Assembly (NCBI RefSeq): GCF_035594765.1
Contig: NC_085841.1
Span: forward strand, 134,835,574 to 134,899,573
Source: Anolis carolinensis
Taxonomy: Eukaryota
DNA length: 64,000 nucleotides
Direction of reading: 5' to 3'
Part shown: in pieces, positions 49,012 to 63,239 of the stretch
Layout: every line of letters starts with the position of its first letter
Numbering within the stretch: position 1 is the stretch's first letter
Position numbers and translations under genes: made by a program
Notes under the pieces: generated by a model
Told to the model about the DNA's origin: nothing
The model's input: only the letters and a program-made list of their open reading frames with translations
Databases searched by the model: none

Positions 49012-49521
49012 GGGGTTTATCAAAAAGCCATTATTTGGTAGTGACAACCATACTAACTGTGTGTTCCCAGGGACGCTTCCAGACATACCTAAAACTTGAG
49101 CAGAAATGGGTTAAAATAACCAGCTCCCACTCACATTCTAGCCCCCAGCCCCAACACAAACCCTGGGCTTTCCCTGTGGGGATCAGAATAGCATGAAGCC
49201 ACCCTGAAACCCTAAATTTCCCCCCTAAAACTTACTGAAAAGTTACTGAACTTACTGGCAGTCATGAAACCTCTCCTCATGTCATCTTGAGTAGAGGAAA
49301 TGACACCTGAAGAGACAGAAGGAGTGAGGAGGAAAATCCCTCTCCCCTACGTTTCCCCATGCATCATTTTTTCCAGTCAGGATGGTGCATGGTGAGGCTT
49401 CATTTTTTTCAGTACGTTTATGCAGGGTGGGGGGTTGGGGCTTGGGGAAGGGGGTGGGTGCCAGCCTGCTCCTCCAGGCTTTTTGGGGCCCAAAGAAGCA
49501 GGATGTCTATAAGGACTGACC

Positions 49522-49835
49522 GCGGTGCCCTTTTTAAAGCAAAAGTTTCATGTGGAGCCCCAAGAAATGTTTATACATTATATTATATATATATAATGTA
49601 TACATATCAGTAATAGGAGCAACCACAGGGGCCATCCAGTCTAACCCTCTTCTGCCATGCAGGGAAAGGAAAGTGAGGAAAAAACGCTTTTGACGGGGGG
49701 GGGGGGGAGAGGCGAGGGAGGAGCAGAAAAGAGGAGTGAAAGCTTAGAGAAGGAGGGGGGAACCACAAAGCCCCTCAGTATGAGAACATACTATGAGAAC
49801 TGCTGGTCTACACTGACCAACACAGTTTCAGACAC
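49522..49835. mobile_element. Second, partial copy of the hAT element at 15163
   Basis: Shares gcaaaagtttc.tgtggagccccaaga, ggccatccagtc.aaccc...ttctgccatgcagg and gcccctcagtat in the same order. Confidence 0.7.
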
Positions 49836-50657
49836 GACGTCTGTAATTTGCAAAGTTAATACTTCCAAGCTCTGCACTAAACCAACAACAACAACAACAA
49901 CAACTTTATTTTTGTATCTCACCTCCATCTCCCCAAAGGAACTCGGGGCAGCTAACATGGGGCCAGGCCCAGGCAATTACAATCACACAAAATAAAATAC
50001 ATACATGACATGCATCATCAGCAGGTAAAAATGCAACAAAGTAAAAACGCAGTATACACAGTAACATGATAGAACAGTAAAATAGTAACAATAACATAAT
50101 AAAAATAGTATAAAAACAAAACAGGAATTAAACGAGAGCGAACTGGATCAAAATGCAATGAGTGAAAATTATAAACCCGTATTGCTAGCTGGAGTAGTAG
50201 TAGCACATGAGGAATACAAAATGCAAAGAGAACAGCTTGCTTTTGATGGTAAATAATGGGTGGCAATATAAATATAGTTTGACTCATTTAAATAACTATG
50301 AGCACTCTTGGAGGAACCAAATAATAATGTCAAGAAAGGTACACATAAACTCAAAATGAAAGTAGTAAAGCTCTGCCTCCTACGACTTTTATTCCCACTG
50401 ATAACCTGGGAAGGAACACACAACAGTAATATATTTGTTTTTAAAATATTTTTTCTTGCCACAAAAATGAAATACATTCATGCTAAAACAAAATAAAAAG
50501 AAGCACACCTTGGTTTTTAAAATGGGCCTGTTCTTCTAAAATCCCACCACCCACACTTGAATGACTTAAGCCCTTTCTCATATAAGTATTCTTTGAATGT
50601 AAATACTCAAGCAGCAGAATGAAAAAAAATATGGTGAATATATTTTCCGGGCAAGAT

Positions 50658-50805
50658 TGTGTGTGTGTGTGTGTGTGTGTGTGTCAGAAGCGACTTGAGA
50701 AACTGCTTCTGGTGTGAGAGAATTGGTTGTCTGCAAGGACATTGCCCAGGGGACGCCCGGATGTTTTACCATCCTATGGGAGGCTTCTCTTATGTCCCCA
50801 CATGG
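50658..50805 (-). mobile_element. SINE/LINE tail fragment with (CA)n end, related to 2048-2246
   Basis: Shared gcttct.gtgt.agagaat...ttgcccaggggacgc segment. Confidence 0.7.
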
Positions 50806-51460
50806 GCAAGATTACATGAATAATAATACTGTTAGCAGTAGTACGTTTCAGGAAATTTACATTCCTTGTTTCCATAAGCCTTACCACATCCCAGAATTGT
50901 GCTTAGTGTGCAGTATGGTAGAAATGGGAAACACATGGTACAAAGCTTATCCTCAAGTTATTATTTTAGCCCCCACATTCACTACCGCCACTGCTAAAAA
51001 TAGAATTTCCTGTGTTCCAAGCATAGAAAAAACATTCCTTTCAAAATGTCCAATTCTCCCTTAAAGCAAGACACATGGCTTTGTTTTACTGAAACTTTCC
51101 TCTTTTAAAGGTTTTTTCTTCCAGTTACTTCCATTTTGCAAAAAAAACTAACATCCATGTTTTTGACAAGGCTGTTTCCCATACCAAGACCTGATGGACA
51201 TAATGTCGTCCTAGGCTCACTACACATCTGCCCACTGTAGTCCAACAGGACTGTTCTCTCTCTATGTGCCTTGAGTGCCCTACCTTGTGCAATTGCCTGG
51301 CAAGACTTTTTAGACTTTTTTGTATTCATACTGAAACAAAACAAGTAGGACACTTGGGGCTTGTCTATACCAGCTCTTCATCCCAAAGTGGACCAGAAGC
51401 CACACCTGGGTGTCTAGATGATGTCCAGAGACCTCTGGTTCTTAATACAAAGTAAACTGA

Positions 51461-51582
51461 GGCTGGATCTACATTGCTCTATATCCCAGCATCTGATCCC
51501 AGATTATCTGCTTTGAACTGGATTATATGAGTCTCCACTCCCATGTAAACTGGCATAAATATAGGACAGTGTATAAGGGGCC
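51461..51582. mobile_element. Harbinger-like short MITE
   Basis: ggctggatctacattg ... cagtgtataaggggcc; relatives at 57767-57890 and 58745-58905. Confidence 0.55.
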
Positions 51583-53929
51583 TAGGATGAGTTGTTTTTA
51601 CCCTGCATTAAGCAAAGTTGGAAGGTGTCAGAGTTTCACCGAAATTCCTGAGCAGCCCCACTTCTCGGGTTAAGTGTGAATAGCAGACTGATTCCAAACA
51701 ATCTAGTCTGCTGTCTACATTGGCCAGTGCCACCATCCCCTCTTCATTGTACTCAGGGGCACAGGGCTCTGTCATTTCTATTGCCAAAATAGCTGGCTGG
51801 AGAGCTTCAGGGAGCTTCTAGTGATAACCTTCGCTGATATTTCCTTATCCTTGGTCATTTTCTTCCTGATTACCAAGGAGGAGGAGGGATCTCCACAGCT
51901 CTCTGGTTGGCTATCACGATGAAGGCAATAACAGGACAGGCAAGGATGACAATGGGACTAAAACATTTTTGACCCAATAGACCATCTGAACTTTGCTACT
52001 GCTGCAGATTGGGGGCAGAGTGTATGAATATCTTTATGACATCCAGGGCCGATCCAGATCGTTTCTGCTCTGCACTAGAGCAGAACTAGAGTCACTTAGA
52101 CAGATTAGGGATCCTAATAAGGCATAGTTCATCTCATTAAATGTTCCACTCTTTTTCAAGCATGGCTGAAAATATCTCTTTAGACTTTGCTAATTCACAT
52201 AGCAAGATCTGAGACCAAGCAGCAGGGCATAACACATATAAGAAAATGTAGGTAGTGCAGCCAGTATAAAGAGCTCTGTGCATTTTTAGCATTTTAGATC
52301 ATATACCTGAATAGAACTATCATGATCTCTATGTGGCAGGTGTGAGTCTGGTAGATAATGGTGTTTTTAATCTCTTCCAGTTGTTTTCCTTACATCTTCA
52401 CAAAAGATATTTTATACTCAAGGCAATATTTTGAGTACAATGTACGTGGATTTTGCATCTGGTATGCAGGCTATGTTCCAACAGTAATCACTGCCTTTTG
52501 ACCGTAGAATGCAATTGGCAGTCAATCCTAAGATGTACATCAGGAATGGAAATCATGCGACCTTTCAGCTTTTGTGAGAGTGCAAGTCCCAGCAGCCATA
52601 GGCAACACAGGCAATGCTAAGGACTAATGTGAGTTGTAGTCAAAAAAGCATCCATGACCAAATTATTCCAACTTCTGACAAAAATCTGATTGCATAACTA
52701 GACTGGACTTGCATGTCAGATCAATTGGTGAATGGTTAGACTACTGTGCATGCCACTTGGTTTATTCCTCTTGGTATTAGCAATAGCATTCTTGGCAATG
52801 TTGTGACATCAAATCTGCTCTTATTTGGAGTAGGCATTAATTCTGTCATTACTCAGTCTCCTTGAATATATGGATTCCTGCATTTGTGATAAATGCAGAC
52901 ACAAGAAATTAAAATCAGGAACAGGAAAAAGGCTTTTTAGACATTAAAGATATCATCACTTGTTGCAAGTCAGTAATTAGGATAATTATTCCCAATTACC
53001 AGATGCAAACTCTGCAAATGGGAATTTCAGGCCCCAGTAATTTAGTTGCACAAGCCATAAAGTCACTTCGACAATTTTCAGTACATGTATGAATATTTTT
53101 CCATACTGTTCTGAATGAATAATGTAGAAAGAAAATGAGATGCTTCCTTATGAGGTGTGATAGCCTTCTAATGTTCAATGTGGTTACCAGAAAACTGTCA
53201 CATCAGAGAGATTAGCTTTTTAAGATATATTTCAGATGCCTAAATGATTCAGATTATACTATTGTTATGGTGGAAATATAATCCAGTGACATGTTCAGTT
53301 TCAACTTTAGTGTCAAGATCCCTTTTGTTCATGTCCATAAAATGTAGACATTCCTGCAATCATTAAAAATATCCCTATGATCCTCATGGCAGCTCCTTAT
53401 TACTCCATTTTAATTATCAATCAGGCAGTGAAGGATGATTTTACCAATTATATCAAACTATAATATCAACAGTTGACTGAAGATTGGAGTTTGTGTGTGT
53501 ACATGTGCACGCACGTTTTAATTTAAATATCTTCCCTCTTTTTTTTGTCAAACTAACAGAAGTAGTATATGTCACAAAATATATTCCTTCTGTTCATCTG
53601 CATTGCAATTATAGTACAGTCAGCCCTCTATATCCATGGATTCTATATTGATGTATTTCATTCTCCTCAGTTTGAAAATATTCAAAAAGATTCCTAAATA
53701 AAAATCTTGATTTTGACATTTTATACAACTTTTTACTACACCATTTTAGTGACAGAGGGCACCAAATTGTAACTGAAATATCTTGAATCATTTAATCATC
53801 TGCTTATATTACCTTAAAATAGAAAATGCAGCCTTTATCTGGTGCCAAAAGGCACTTAGATGCAACCCTGTCCAGTTCCTTTTTAAAAAGCTGAAGCTTA
53901 CAACTGTGGTATGTGGATTTATTATTTAT

Positions 53930-54110
53930 TTACTTACTTATTTACTTAATTTATTTATACCCTGCCTTTCTCTAACCCAAAGGGGACTCAAGGCAACTTA
54001 TATATGGCAATTATTCAATGCCTTAAAGCACATACAATTCCAAAAAATTAAAATGGAATTAGATTAAAATTAAAACATATTAAACATTTTAAAACATTAC
54101 ATTCCATATT
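53930..54110 (-). mobile_element. L2-type 3' tail
   Basis: (TTTA)n followed by ataccctgcctttctctaacccaaaggggactcaaggc. Confidence 0.65.
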
Positions 54111-54475
54111 GAAATCCATAGTCGTAGTCCAAGCCATTCCATAGTCATTCCATATACAGTATTCCAAATCTGGATTGAATCTAGAACAGGGTGAGCCAAC
54201 TCCCATGGCACTGGAAGCCATTTTTCCAGTTGCTCAAGTGCCCGAGGGATGCAATCTAAGATGAAAATGGAGCTTAGCCTACTTTTTAAATAAATAAAGC
54301 ACATACAATTACTTTCCGTCTGTTTTTCAGATCTACATTTTATTCTTAAGAAAGAATAAGTGTTTTTCCACTCATTATTGACAAATAAAATCCCACAACT
54401 CCTAGTTGATTCTTTAGCATTTAGAGAGCTTAATTTCTTTATTAACAAATCAAATCGCATCACTCATACTTAATT

Positions 54476-54477
<2 letters not shown>

Positions 54478-54549
<72 letters not shown>
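54478..54549 (+). repeat. (TC)n(TA)n compound microsatellite
   Basis: Visible directly. Confidence 0.95.
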
Positions 54550-54551
<2 letters not shown>

Positions 54552-54555
54552 TCAA

Positions 54556-55261
54556 TGTTGCACTCCAAGGCTGGGATTCACCTTTGCACTTAACACACAA
54601 TCCAGTCCCATGTAAAATAGCAAATCAGTTTATTGAAGAATATATAGAGAACACTATTCAGCAAAATAGTATAAAAATCAGTGTCCAAAAAAGAGGAATA
54701 ATCCTCAGAGTTCAGAATACATGATAGGCATCAAAAAACCAGGAATACAAAAGCAGGATAGATCCAAAATAGGCAATACAGGAACAGTCCTTAAAAACCT
54801 GAAACAAGAAATATGACACACATGGAAACCTGGAACTAGAAATCCTTTGGAAGATTTGACTTGGCAAGAGTTTAACACTATAAAATCAAGATTGTCTGGA
54901 CTGAGGAAATGATCTGCACGTGTCTCTAATATAGACAGAAAACCGTGCCATTTCCCTTCCAAAGCTGATAAAGGCTTGTTAGCTAATAAGCAACTTGACC
55001 TTCGTACACCTCATGAGAAACTCTATGTTGACTCATGAGAAACTATCTCCTATCTTAACTGCTGCTCAGTAGCCCATCTTCCTCCCCAGAACTCCCTGGG
55101 CAGGAAATGGTCCCACTCACAGATCACAATGGGACTTTTGTTGGTTTGGTTTTATTTTTCTTGGAAGACGTCTGTGCATGAATTTGATTTATGATCAGTA
55201 TGCAGCCAATCAACACACAGTCTTCACAGTATGAGGGTCCCATCCAGTGGCATGATTAACA
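54556..55261 (-). mobile_element. Probable old Gypsy solo LTR
   Basis: TGTT...AACA-like ends; minus-strand AATAAA ~75 bp from one end (54629-54634); TATA-like box ~54930 with an RRSS(C)LLANK relic upstream, the same layout as the 6384 LTR. TSD unclear. Confidence 0.5.
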
Positions 55262-56255
55262 CAATGATGGTGGCTTCTCATTGATATGATATGTACAGCT
55301 AAAGCAACAAGACACACTGTTGTCATTTCTTTAAAAAATCGAGAAAACGCTGAGAACATACAAAAAGTGGTTGCAGTGTCTATGCAGAATTCAGGCCTTG
55401 CCTTGCCCACTTCCAGATTTATTTCCTAAGGCTGTAGATAATACAAATACATTAAAGCTTTTTCCCAGTCCTTTATCAATCCTTGCTTCTGTATCAAAAT
55501 TTGTCAATTGTAGCTGCAGATTCATCAAGACATCTAATTTAAATCGTGTCTGTATTATGGAATATTTTATAGTTAAGATATTGTATAATGTAACTATGTT
55601 AAATGAAATGTTTATGGAAAATACATGCTGACGGATTCCTCACTAATTCTATTTGGCATGTATGTGCTTTCCTTGCGATACTGGTAGTAACACTTGAGTT
55701 GGAAAGAGAAACAGTTCCAGAACACAGAAGGTGGTGTGAAATTGTATGGTCATTTTAAAGACGGCCATATGAAGTTGTCTGTGTATTAGAGATAAATATT
55801 TGTAGAGCAGATGATACACAATAAAAGTGTTGACTAAAGTAGCTATTCATACTATGACTTATGCTATTCTTTGCCTATGAATTTTCTGCAATCAGACAAA
55901 ACAGATTCCTTATTTAGTGTGTCTTGAATGCAGCACAAAATTAAAAAAACAACAGAATTTAATGTACAATTAAAACACCAAACTTGAGTATACTGATACT
56001 ATAGTAAGCTCCTTTTTATTTTTTCTAGTTATAAATTAGTTTTGTGTCTGTACAATGCTTGTTGAATACATTTTTTGTTAACTGCTTGGGAAATAGCCTT
56101 CTGCATTCATAGTCCATGACTTTATATCCTAACAGACTGACTAAACTGTCCTGTTGAAGCCTTGCTGCATGCTTATTCATTAATCATAATGATGTTCATT
56201 CTTATATTGATATTAGATTATTGCTTTTTGTGTTTCTTGTAATGGACTGGCCTAG

Positions 56256-56467
56256 GTGCCTCAAGATGAATGGGGCGGGTATCCTGCTGGTGGAAAAGAT
56301 GAGGAGATTCCCTGTCGAAGGATGAGAAGCGGAAGTTACATTAAAGCCATGGGAGATGAGGAAAGCGGAGATTCCGACACTAGCCCCAAAACATCACCAA
56401 AGGTAGCAGTTCATCCAGAATCCTTGTTGAAATCTATTGGACAAAGAGCTCTTGGAGACCACCAAAA
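56256..56467 (+). CDS. DLGAP2: DLGAP2 coding exon, 212 nt, includes a PSD-95 GK-binding repeat (CRRMRSGSYIKAM)
   Basis: VPQDEWGGYPAGGKDEEIPCRRMRSGSYIKAMGDEESG continues in frame from HYLQ. Acceptor cctAG, donor AA|GTAAGG. Confidence 0.96.
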
Positions 56468-56624
56468 GTAAGGCTCACAATTTCCACACACACTTAATTC
56501 GTATGATCTTCGGAATACATTTCCTTCTGCATGTTTTTGCTCCATCACAACTGATATTATTCTGAAGAAAATCTAAATTTAACTAGTGTTCTGTTGCTAG
56601 TGAAATAATGAATTATTTATGGTT

Positions 56625-56810
56625 CTTTTGTGCCTTCAAGTAATTTCTGACTTAATGACAACCCTAAAGTTCTTTTGGCTGGATTTGTTCAGAGGGGTGA
56701 TTGCATTGCTTTCTTGGAAGGATAAGAGAGTGTCACTTGCCCAAGTTCACCCAATGGGTTAACGTGTCTGATGTCAGATTCAAATCAGAGCCCTAGCCCA
56801 ACACCTTAAG
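56625..56810 (-). mobile_element. Degraded tRNA-derived SINE
   Basis: gtgccttcaag...agagtgtcacttgcccaagttcaccca core. Confidence 0.55.
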
Positions 56811-59800
56811 AGCAAACTTACTCTCATTGTTATTTGTTACCTGAAGTCATGAAGACTGAAAAAACTTTTTGTTCCTACTTACATATCCAGACTGGGAGGG
56901 AGAAGGACTGGTTATATTGGTTGTTTTTTCTTGACGCTATCACAGGCATGTATCTAAACACAGAAGACAAACCAGACAATCACTTGAAGTGCCCAAGGTG
57001 ACAGAATTTATAATTTAATGATGTTCCTTTAGAATTAAGAAGTTGGTCATGTCAGGACTGATCATTACCAAGTGGCCGCTGCAGGTGAATATTGGAGGCT
57101 CTTCAGAATAAAATTATCTTTTAGGCTGCTTTTCATCCTTCTAACTTATTTCTGGGCCTTAAAACACTTCAATTCTAAAAATACTTAATTCCTCAGCTTT
57201 GTCTTGGAAGGCCAGCTGTTATTTGCATAGAGGCAGCTTGGCAGCACATCAGAGATACATTTAAAAGTAAGCCCATGGAGTTTTCACCATACATTGTAGT
57301 TCTGTATAATCCTACAGCATTAAAAAAAACCCCTATCTGTAAAGAGATATTATTCATGTGAGAGATTTGGATTTTGGAAAAATAATGATACAACAATTTT
57401 CCCATTCAGTTTGGGAGGGGTTTTTTTTAAAGACTGTCATCTCTAATGAAGGGAATATAACCAGTAATGGCAGAAAATAAGATGATATAAGATATTTTTG
57501 TTCTGTTCTGTTTGTCTGGAAAATATAAATTATACCTTCTATTAATGTCAATTGGTAACTTAAAGGTAATTATACCAAATAAATTATATCTGCCTTTGTG
57601 TGTGCAATTATTTTAGAAATACTGCAGAAATTAAGAAATTAGTAACAAAGAGAAGGCTGAACAACTGCATACAAATAATATCTTGAGTGCCATTTCTCCA
57701 CTATGATTTTTCCCCTAGAGTACTTTTTCAGAATAATTGGGGTTGTGGCAATCTAGGAAAACAGAGGCCCCATCTACACTGCTGTATAATTCTGTTTGAA
57801 AATTCATAATGTGATCAGTACAGACTCATATAATGCAGTTAAATGGAGTTAAACTCTGTTATATGAGTCTGCACTGACCATATAATCAGGAGCAGTTCAA
57901 CCACGAGGCAAATTAGGCAGTTGCCTGAGGTGGGATCCTCTAGGGGGCGCCATTGAGGCACCTCCTGCCTTCGCGGCCACGGCCTGGCCTGGCTCCGCCA
58001 AGAAGGAGGTCACCACTTTGGGGAGCAGAGAAATGCCACTTCTCTCCTTCCCAAAGCGGTGACCCCCTTCCTCATAAAAAATTTGATTTTTTAAAAAAAT
58101 TGTCAGCAGCATTTGGGGAATTCAGAATAAAATCACTATACTCAGAATGAATGCAGCAATAGCTTTTAAATAGAATTATGTAATAAACCAACAAATGTAA
58201 TTGCTTTAATGACAATCGGTATGCTAGAATAATATATAAAACCAATATAGATTAGGTTGATTGCTTAATGCTTCATTCGAGAAACAACAAAAGTTAATTC
58301 TATGTAAATTAACTTTAAGAATTAGCAGCTCTACATTTTATATCCTAATACAATTTTTCTCTAGCAGCTATTCCTGTAAGGAGAGCATTAAAACATGAAG
58401 AATGCTGAGTTTTCTTGCAGGACAAGAATAATGAGAAAAAGATGTTTGCCCCAATTCAGTGATAAAAGGGAAAAATAAGTTTATCCCATTTCAATAATAA
58501 AATTTATTGAAAGTGTAAAGAGCAAACACTCCTTTTCTTAACACAATCTCATTATATTAAATTAATTGTTCCCCAGTTAGAAAACTGAGGGGGTTTTTCA
58601 CACAAAGGGATATATACAATTACTTCACCAGGTCCAAATAATTTTTATTTAGCTTGATATAAAATGAATTCTCATCAAGTCACATCAAATAATGGCAGTT
58701 ACAAGATTAGCCAAAGTTTAGAATACAGGTCTGTTGTCTTGACTTTTGCTCCATATACACTACCACATAATGCAGGTTGAAACTTAATTACATGGTCAGT
58801 GTAGATTCATATAATGCAGATTTGTTGCATTGAACTACATTATATGAATTTACACTGACCATATAATGGAATGTCAAACCGCATTATATGGCAGTGTAGA
58901 TAAGATCCTTACCTCAATCCCAGCCCTGTTGGAAAATGCAGGGGAAAACCGACCTTTTAAAACATATGGTTTGACCCCCAAATTGGGATCACAGAGGAAT
59001 AAGACCTAGGATTGTTAAGAATTATTGATTTTTTAAACATTTGGTATTTGTATGCACATATTTGAAAGTCAGTGATTTGTCCATTTCACTTCTCTTTATA
59101 GAAATGCATGACAATCAGAATAAAGGGGAAACAAAGTCCATTCAAATTAAGCAAATATGGGCATATATCAAGGGAATTCAAAAAGCTCATAACTGATGCA
59201 ATTTTTTGGCCAGAAATAAACTGATAAGATGAAGTAAAAACAGCTCTTTGTGCCAATGCAGCTAAGTAGTGGGCTTCCATGTGACTTTCCAAACTGAGAG
59301 TAAAATGGCCAAACTGGGGCAAAGATGCAGTGGAGCTGAGTTACAACCCATGTGTAGATTCAATCTTATGAATACTAAAAAGGACTTTATTTACTGTCTA
59401 TTTTCTTTGAGCCTGCTCCTCTTTGTGGTCTAATCTAAGATAAATAATGTTTTTAATATATTGTACAAATATTAAAAAAAACTGTCTTCTGTGTTGTTGG
59501 GTTGTTTAGAATATAATCAAAGAACTTCAAATCCTTCCTTTGGTAATTATTTATTTACATAGACATTGGTTTTCTTTGGTGGGAAAAGTGTGATTTTTTT
59601 ATCTCAAAAAGTGCAGTCAGAGGGGTGGGAGTAAGTCTCTGCGGGTCTCAAGAGTTTCCAGTTACACGATTTTATTTTAATTGTACTTATTTTTTTACCA
59701 GTTGCATCCAGTCTTACTTGAAATACATTGGGTTTCCCTCCCTTCCCACTCCCTTGTATCCCTCCCCTTCCTTTAGCACTAATACTGTGTAACATCCAGT

Positions 59801-60759
59801 CCCACGCAACATTTGAGGAATTGATTTTCACCGATTTCCCCTGAGTCCTTTGAGTTACATCCAAAGTGCTGAAGTGTGTTAGCCTTATTACAGTAGTTAA
59901 ACATTAGGATCATTTTGTTTTAGCGCTACCATTCCCTTTTGATTGATCCTTTGAAGCTGTGTCCTGGAAACTATAGCAATATTTACTAGCAGCCACCACA
60001 TTTATTGCTTTTGAGATAGTACAAATGCACTGGCAAGTAAAGATACATTTCATTTAGAAAAGGGTTGGGTTTCATTTAAAACAACTGGGGGAGAAGGAAT
60101 GAAAAATCCTTAGTAATGCCAGGAAATCCCAGGAAGTATTTTAAGATGAGAAAATCTCATGTGGATCTCCAAAATAAAATTGATTTGTACAGGAACAAGC
60201 CTGAGACTTTTGGAGGTTTTTTTTTTCTCCTCTGGAAGCACCATCAGAATATTTTAATGAATGCCTACCTATTGTCAAGCAGACCTTAGGAAAGCCCCAA
60301 CTCCAAGAAAAACCCTACGATTCATTGAAATTCTCTGTCAACATAGCTACTGGTAGCACATTATAGTAATTTTTCAGTATCCACACCTGCTCCCTAATAT
60401 TCTTTATGCAAATCAGAATAATTATGATTATCAAACGCCAAAATACTGAGGTCCTTTACACCTGAAAAACAATCCTCAATATACAACAGGCCAGAATTGT
60501 CCTCTTGTGTTTATCATTTATTTGTAATGCTGTAAATACATGTATTGGTGACTAGTCTCCAACGGCAGGTTTCCTTCCTCCTAGATGCAAAGAGTATTTT
60601 CCTTATGACATTCTGTTTGCCCCATAAGCCAAAGCTTATGATGAGTGAAACCACAGACTAAAGTGAGTACAGTGTGCAGGATGCCTAAAATCATTGCCAT
60701 TGGCTATGGACTATAGAACTGGTTTATACATGGACATTTAGATAATTGGAGTGAGTGAG

Positions 60760-60760
60760 A

Positions 60761-60800
<40 letters not shown>
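60760..60800 (+). repeat. (GAT)n microsatellite
   Basis: Visible directly. Confidence 0.95.
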
Positions 60801-61579
60801 TTCTCGTAAGAGCTGAGACCAAGAACGGATCTTCTGCATGTTGGATGAGACTAAACTAAGAACTATGGGCCCTCCAACCAGAATCTTGACATTTACCAAA
60901 GCATGAGAATTGGGTCATGCTTGCAGATATGCTGTCAAAAATGGCATCTCTATATTGATTATTTATTTGCAGATGAAAACTATAATATGTGATTCTGCTT
61001 GGATCTATGCAGTCTTAATTCCCTACAATTGCAATCATGGGTGCTTTGCACCTGATGGTAGAAATCCAGGTGGAAACACATTTTATATGTTCAACCATAG
61101 CTTAGAGAAATCAGCATAGTGATGCCACTTGCAGTGAAATGTATATGGCCAATATCTCCAGCTTAAATCTAATTTAAAGGAGATGATCAATCTGGGGAAC
61201 AAGTAATTCTTTTTGCTAATTGCCTTTCCTCAGCCTACTATCCCATTTTCTGCCTGTGTTATTAAGAAACAAATATGGGTATATGTTTAAATTATGGAAA
61301 GTATGGTTCACGGGCTGTGGGCCATCTCCAAGCCATTTCTATGCTGTCTAAACCCGATCAACCTCCTTTCAAGCCTTCCAAAAATTGTAGGGAGGGGGGA
61401 CACTATCAAGACCTCAGTCAGTAGTACAGATTTCTCTCAAACCACCTTCATCCCCCAACTCCAAACGTATATGACAAACCCAGAAACTGAGAAGAAAAAT
61501 CACTTCTGACTGTGAAAATCAGATAAAGGGATTGCCATGGGCTATGGGCTATAAGATCAGACAGAATTTTAAAAACTGC

Positions 61580-63235
61580 TAATTTAAATATTTAAATAAA
61601 TTAAACTGTTTCAAAGTGACCATGTTTTAGTGTTTCTTTAAAGAATATTAAGGTGGTTTTGTCAATTCTTTTTCATTTCTGAGTTATATTGTCATGATCT
61701 TCTTTGAATAAAATATCCTCTAATATCAGCTTTACTAGCATCCCACACTATTTGAATATCCATACCTTGATTTAAGTAAAATTAAAAAAAAACTTTATTT
61801 TTTTGTTTACAGTTTTTAATTATATTTTCCTTTTGCAGTAATGATTCACTCGGTCACCATCTAAATGCTTCTGCTTTCCTTTTAAGTATTAGGATCACTG
61901 GGTTATGATCTGAAATGGTTTTAGGTAGGATTTTTGTCTTTAGAACTTGAAGTGTAAGCGTGGTGGATTTCCATATCATATCAATTCTAGAGAAAATCTT
62001 ATGTCTTTCTGAAAAGTACATATATAATTTAATATCCCCATGTACTTGTCTTCATATATCCACCATTCCCAACATTTCCATCATGTCAAAGCAAATTTTT
62101 AATAATTTACCTTGTGTTGTTTTAATTGTTTTCCCATAGTGTTTGTTTTTCTTTGAAGATATCGCTCAACTCCATTCCCCAATAAGGCACCAATTTTCAT
62201 AATGAAAGTCCAATAACTGTCAAGAGTTCCTTAAAACAATATTTTTTGTAGTCATTTGGAGCATAAACCCCAACTATTAATTGTTTTAATCCTTGCGTAG
62301 ATATTTCAACCTCTACATCTTCTACCTTAATCATCAGAAAGTGTCAGTTTTGCATTCAATTGTGGTTTGATATATAGCACAACTCTGTTTGTCTTTTAAA
62401 GTCCTGCTGAAATAAATTCTTCTCCCATTTTTGTAAGAAACAAAAAAATCCTCCCTTCTAATGTGCGTCTCCTGCAGGCATATTATGTCTTGTTTTCGTT
62501 TTTTAAGACAGTGTAAATCGCCTAGAGCATCGTGGATGGAGGGTGATTAATAAGTAATTAGATGATGATGATGATGATGATGATGATAGTGGAATATTTT
62601 CTTCCTTTTTGGGGGTGAATTTGCCCAATTTATATTACAAGTTAGATATTTATAATCCATATTGGGTTTTTTTTATTTAATTACTTAAAAATCCGTACTA
62701 ATTGTTTCTAGCTCTGCAGAGTCCTCTTCTCCTTCCAATCTATTATCTTTAGGGTCAATCTCTGTTGCCTCCTTGTTGGCCACCCAGTCATCTTTGTATC
62801 TCTGCAGAAATATTGACTTTAGAAATAGAATTTAGATGGAACCTCTGGTCTTTATATGTAAAAATAAGACCTTCCAATTTGTCCCATCTGAATGAGATGT
62901 TACACTGTTTGAGTTTATCAGTAAGGAAGATGTATTCCTTCCTTTTTATTAATATTCTAGCAGATAGTTCTTTCTGAACTCTTACATCCTTTTCATTTAT
63001 TTTCAAGCCAAAGTTATAATGAGTCTACAAGACGTGATTTCTGGTTCTCTTCCTCACAAAATGTACAAGAATATCTCTTTGTAATTTCTTTTGTTTTGCA
63101 GACCAAGAATTGACACTATATATTTTATCAATTTCTGGTTCCAATTCTTCCCCTTCACAATCTAACAATTTTTCCAGGGCTTTTATAATTTTCCCATCAA
63201 TATTTTACTCCTGTTCTTCTGGTATAGTCCCTAGT
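61580..63235 (-). mobile_element. Degraded L1 LINE: ORF1 C-terminal part and ORF2 endonuclease start (ATG at 62660)
   Basis: MDYKYLTCNINWANSPPKRKKIFH...DIICLQETH (APE endonuclease motifs); upstream VRVQKELSARILIKRKEYIFLTDKLKQCNISFRWD is ORF1-like. Confidence 0.85.
62512..62586 (+). mobile_element. Short LINE 3' tail with (GAT)n inserted into the L1 endonuclease region
   Basis: tgtaaatcgcctagagc...ggagggtgattaataagtaa(GAT)n interrupts the L1 frame; AGTG on both sides. Confidence 0.6.
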
Positions 63236-63239
63236 CTTT

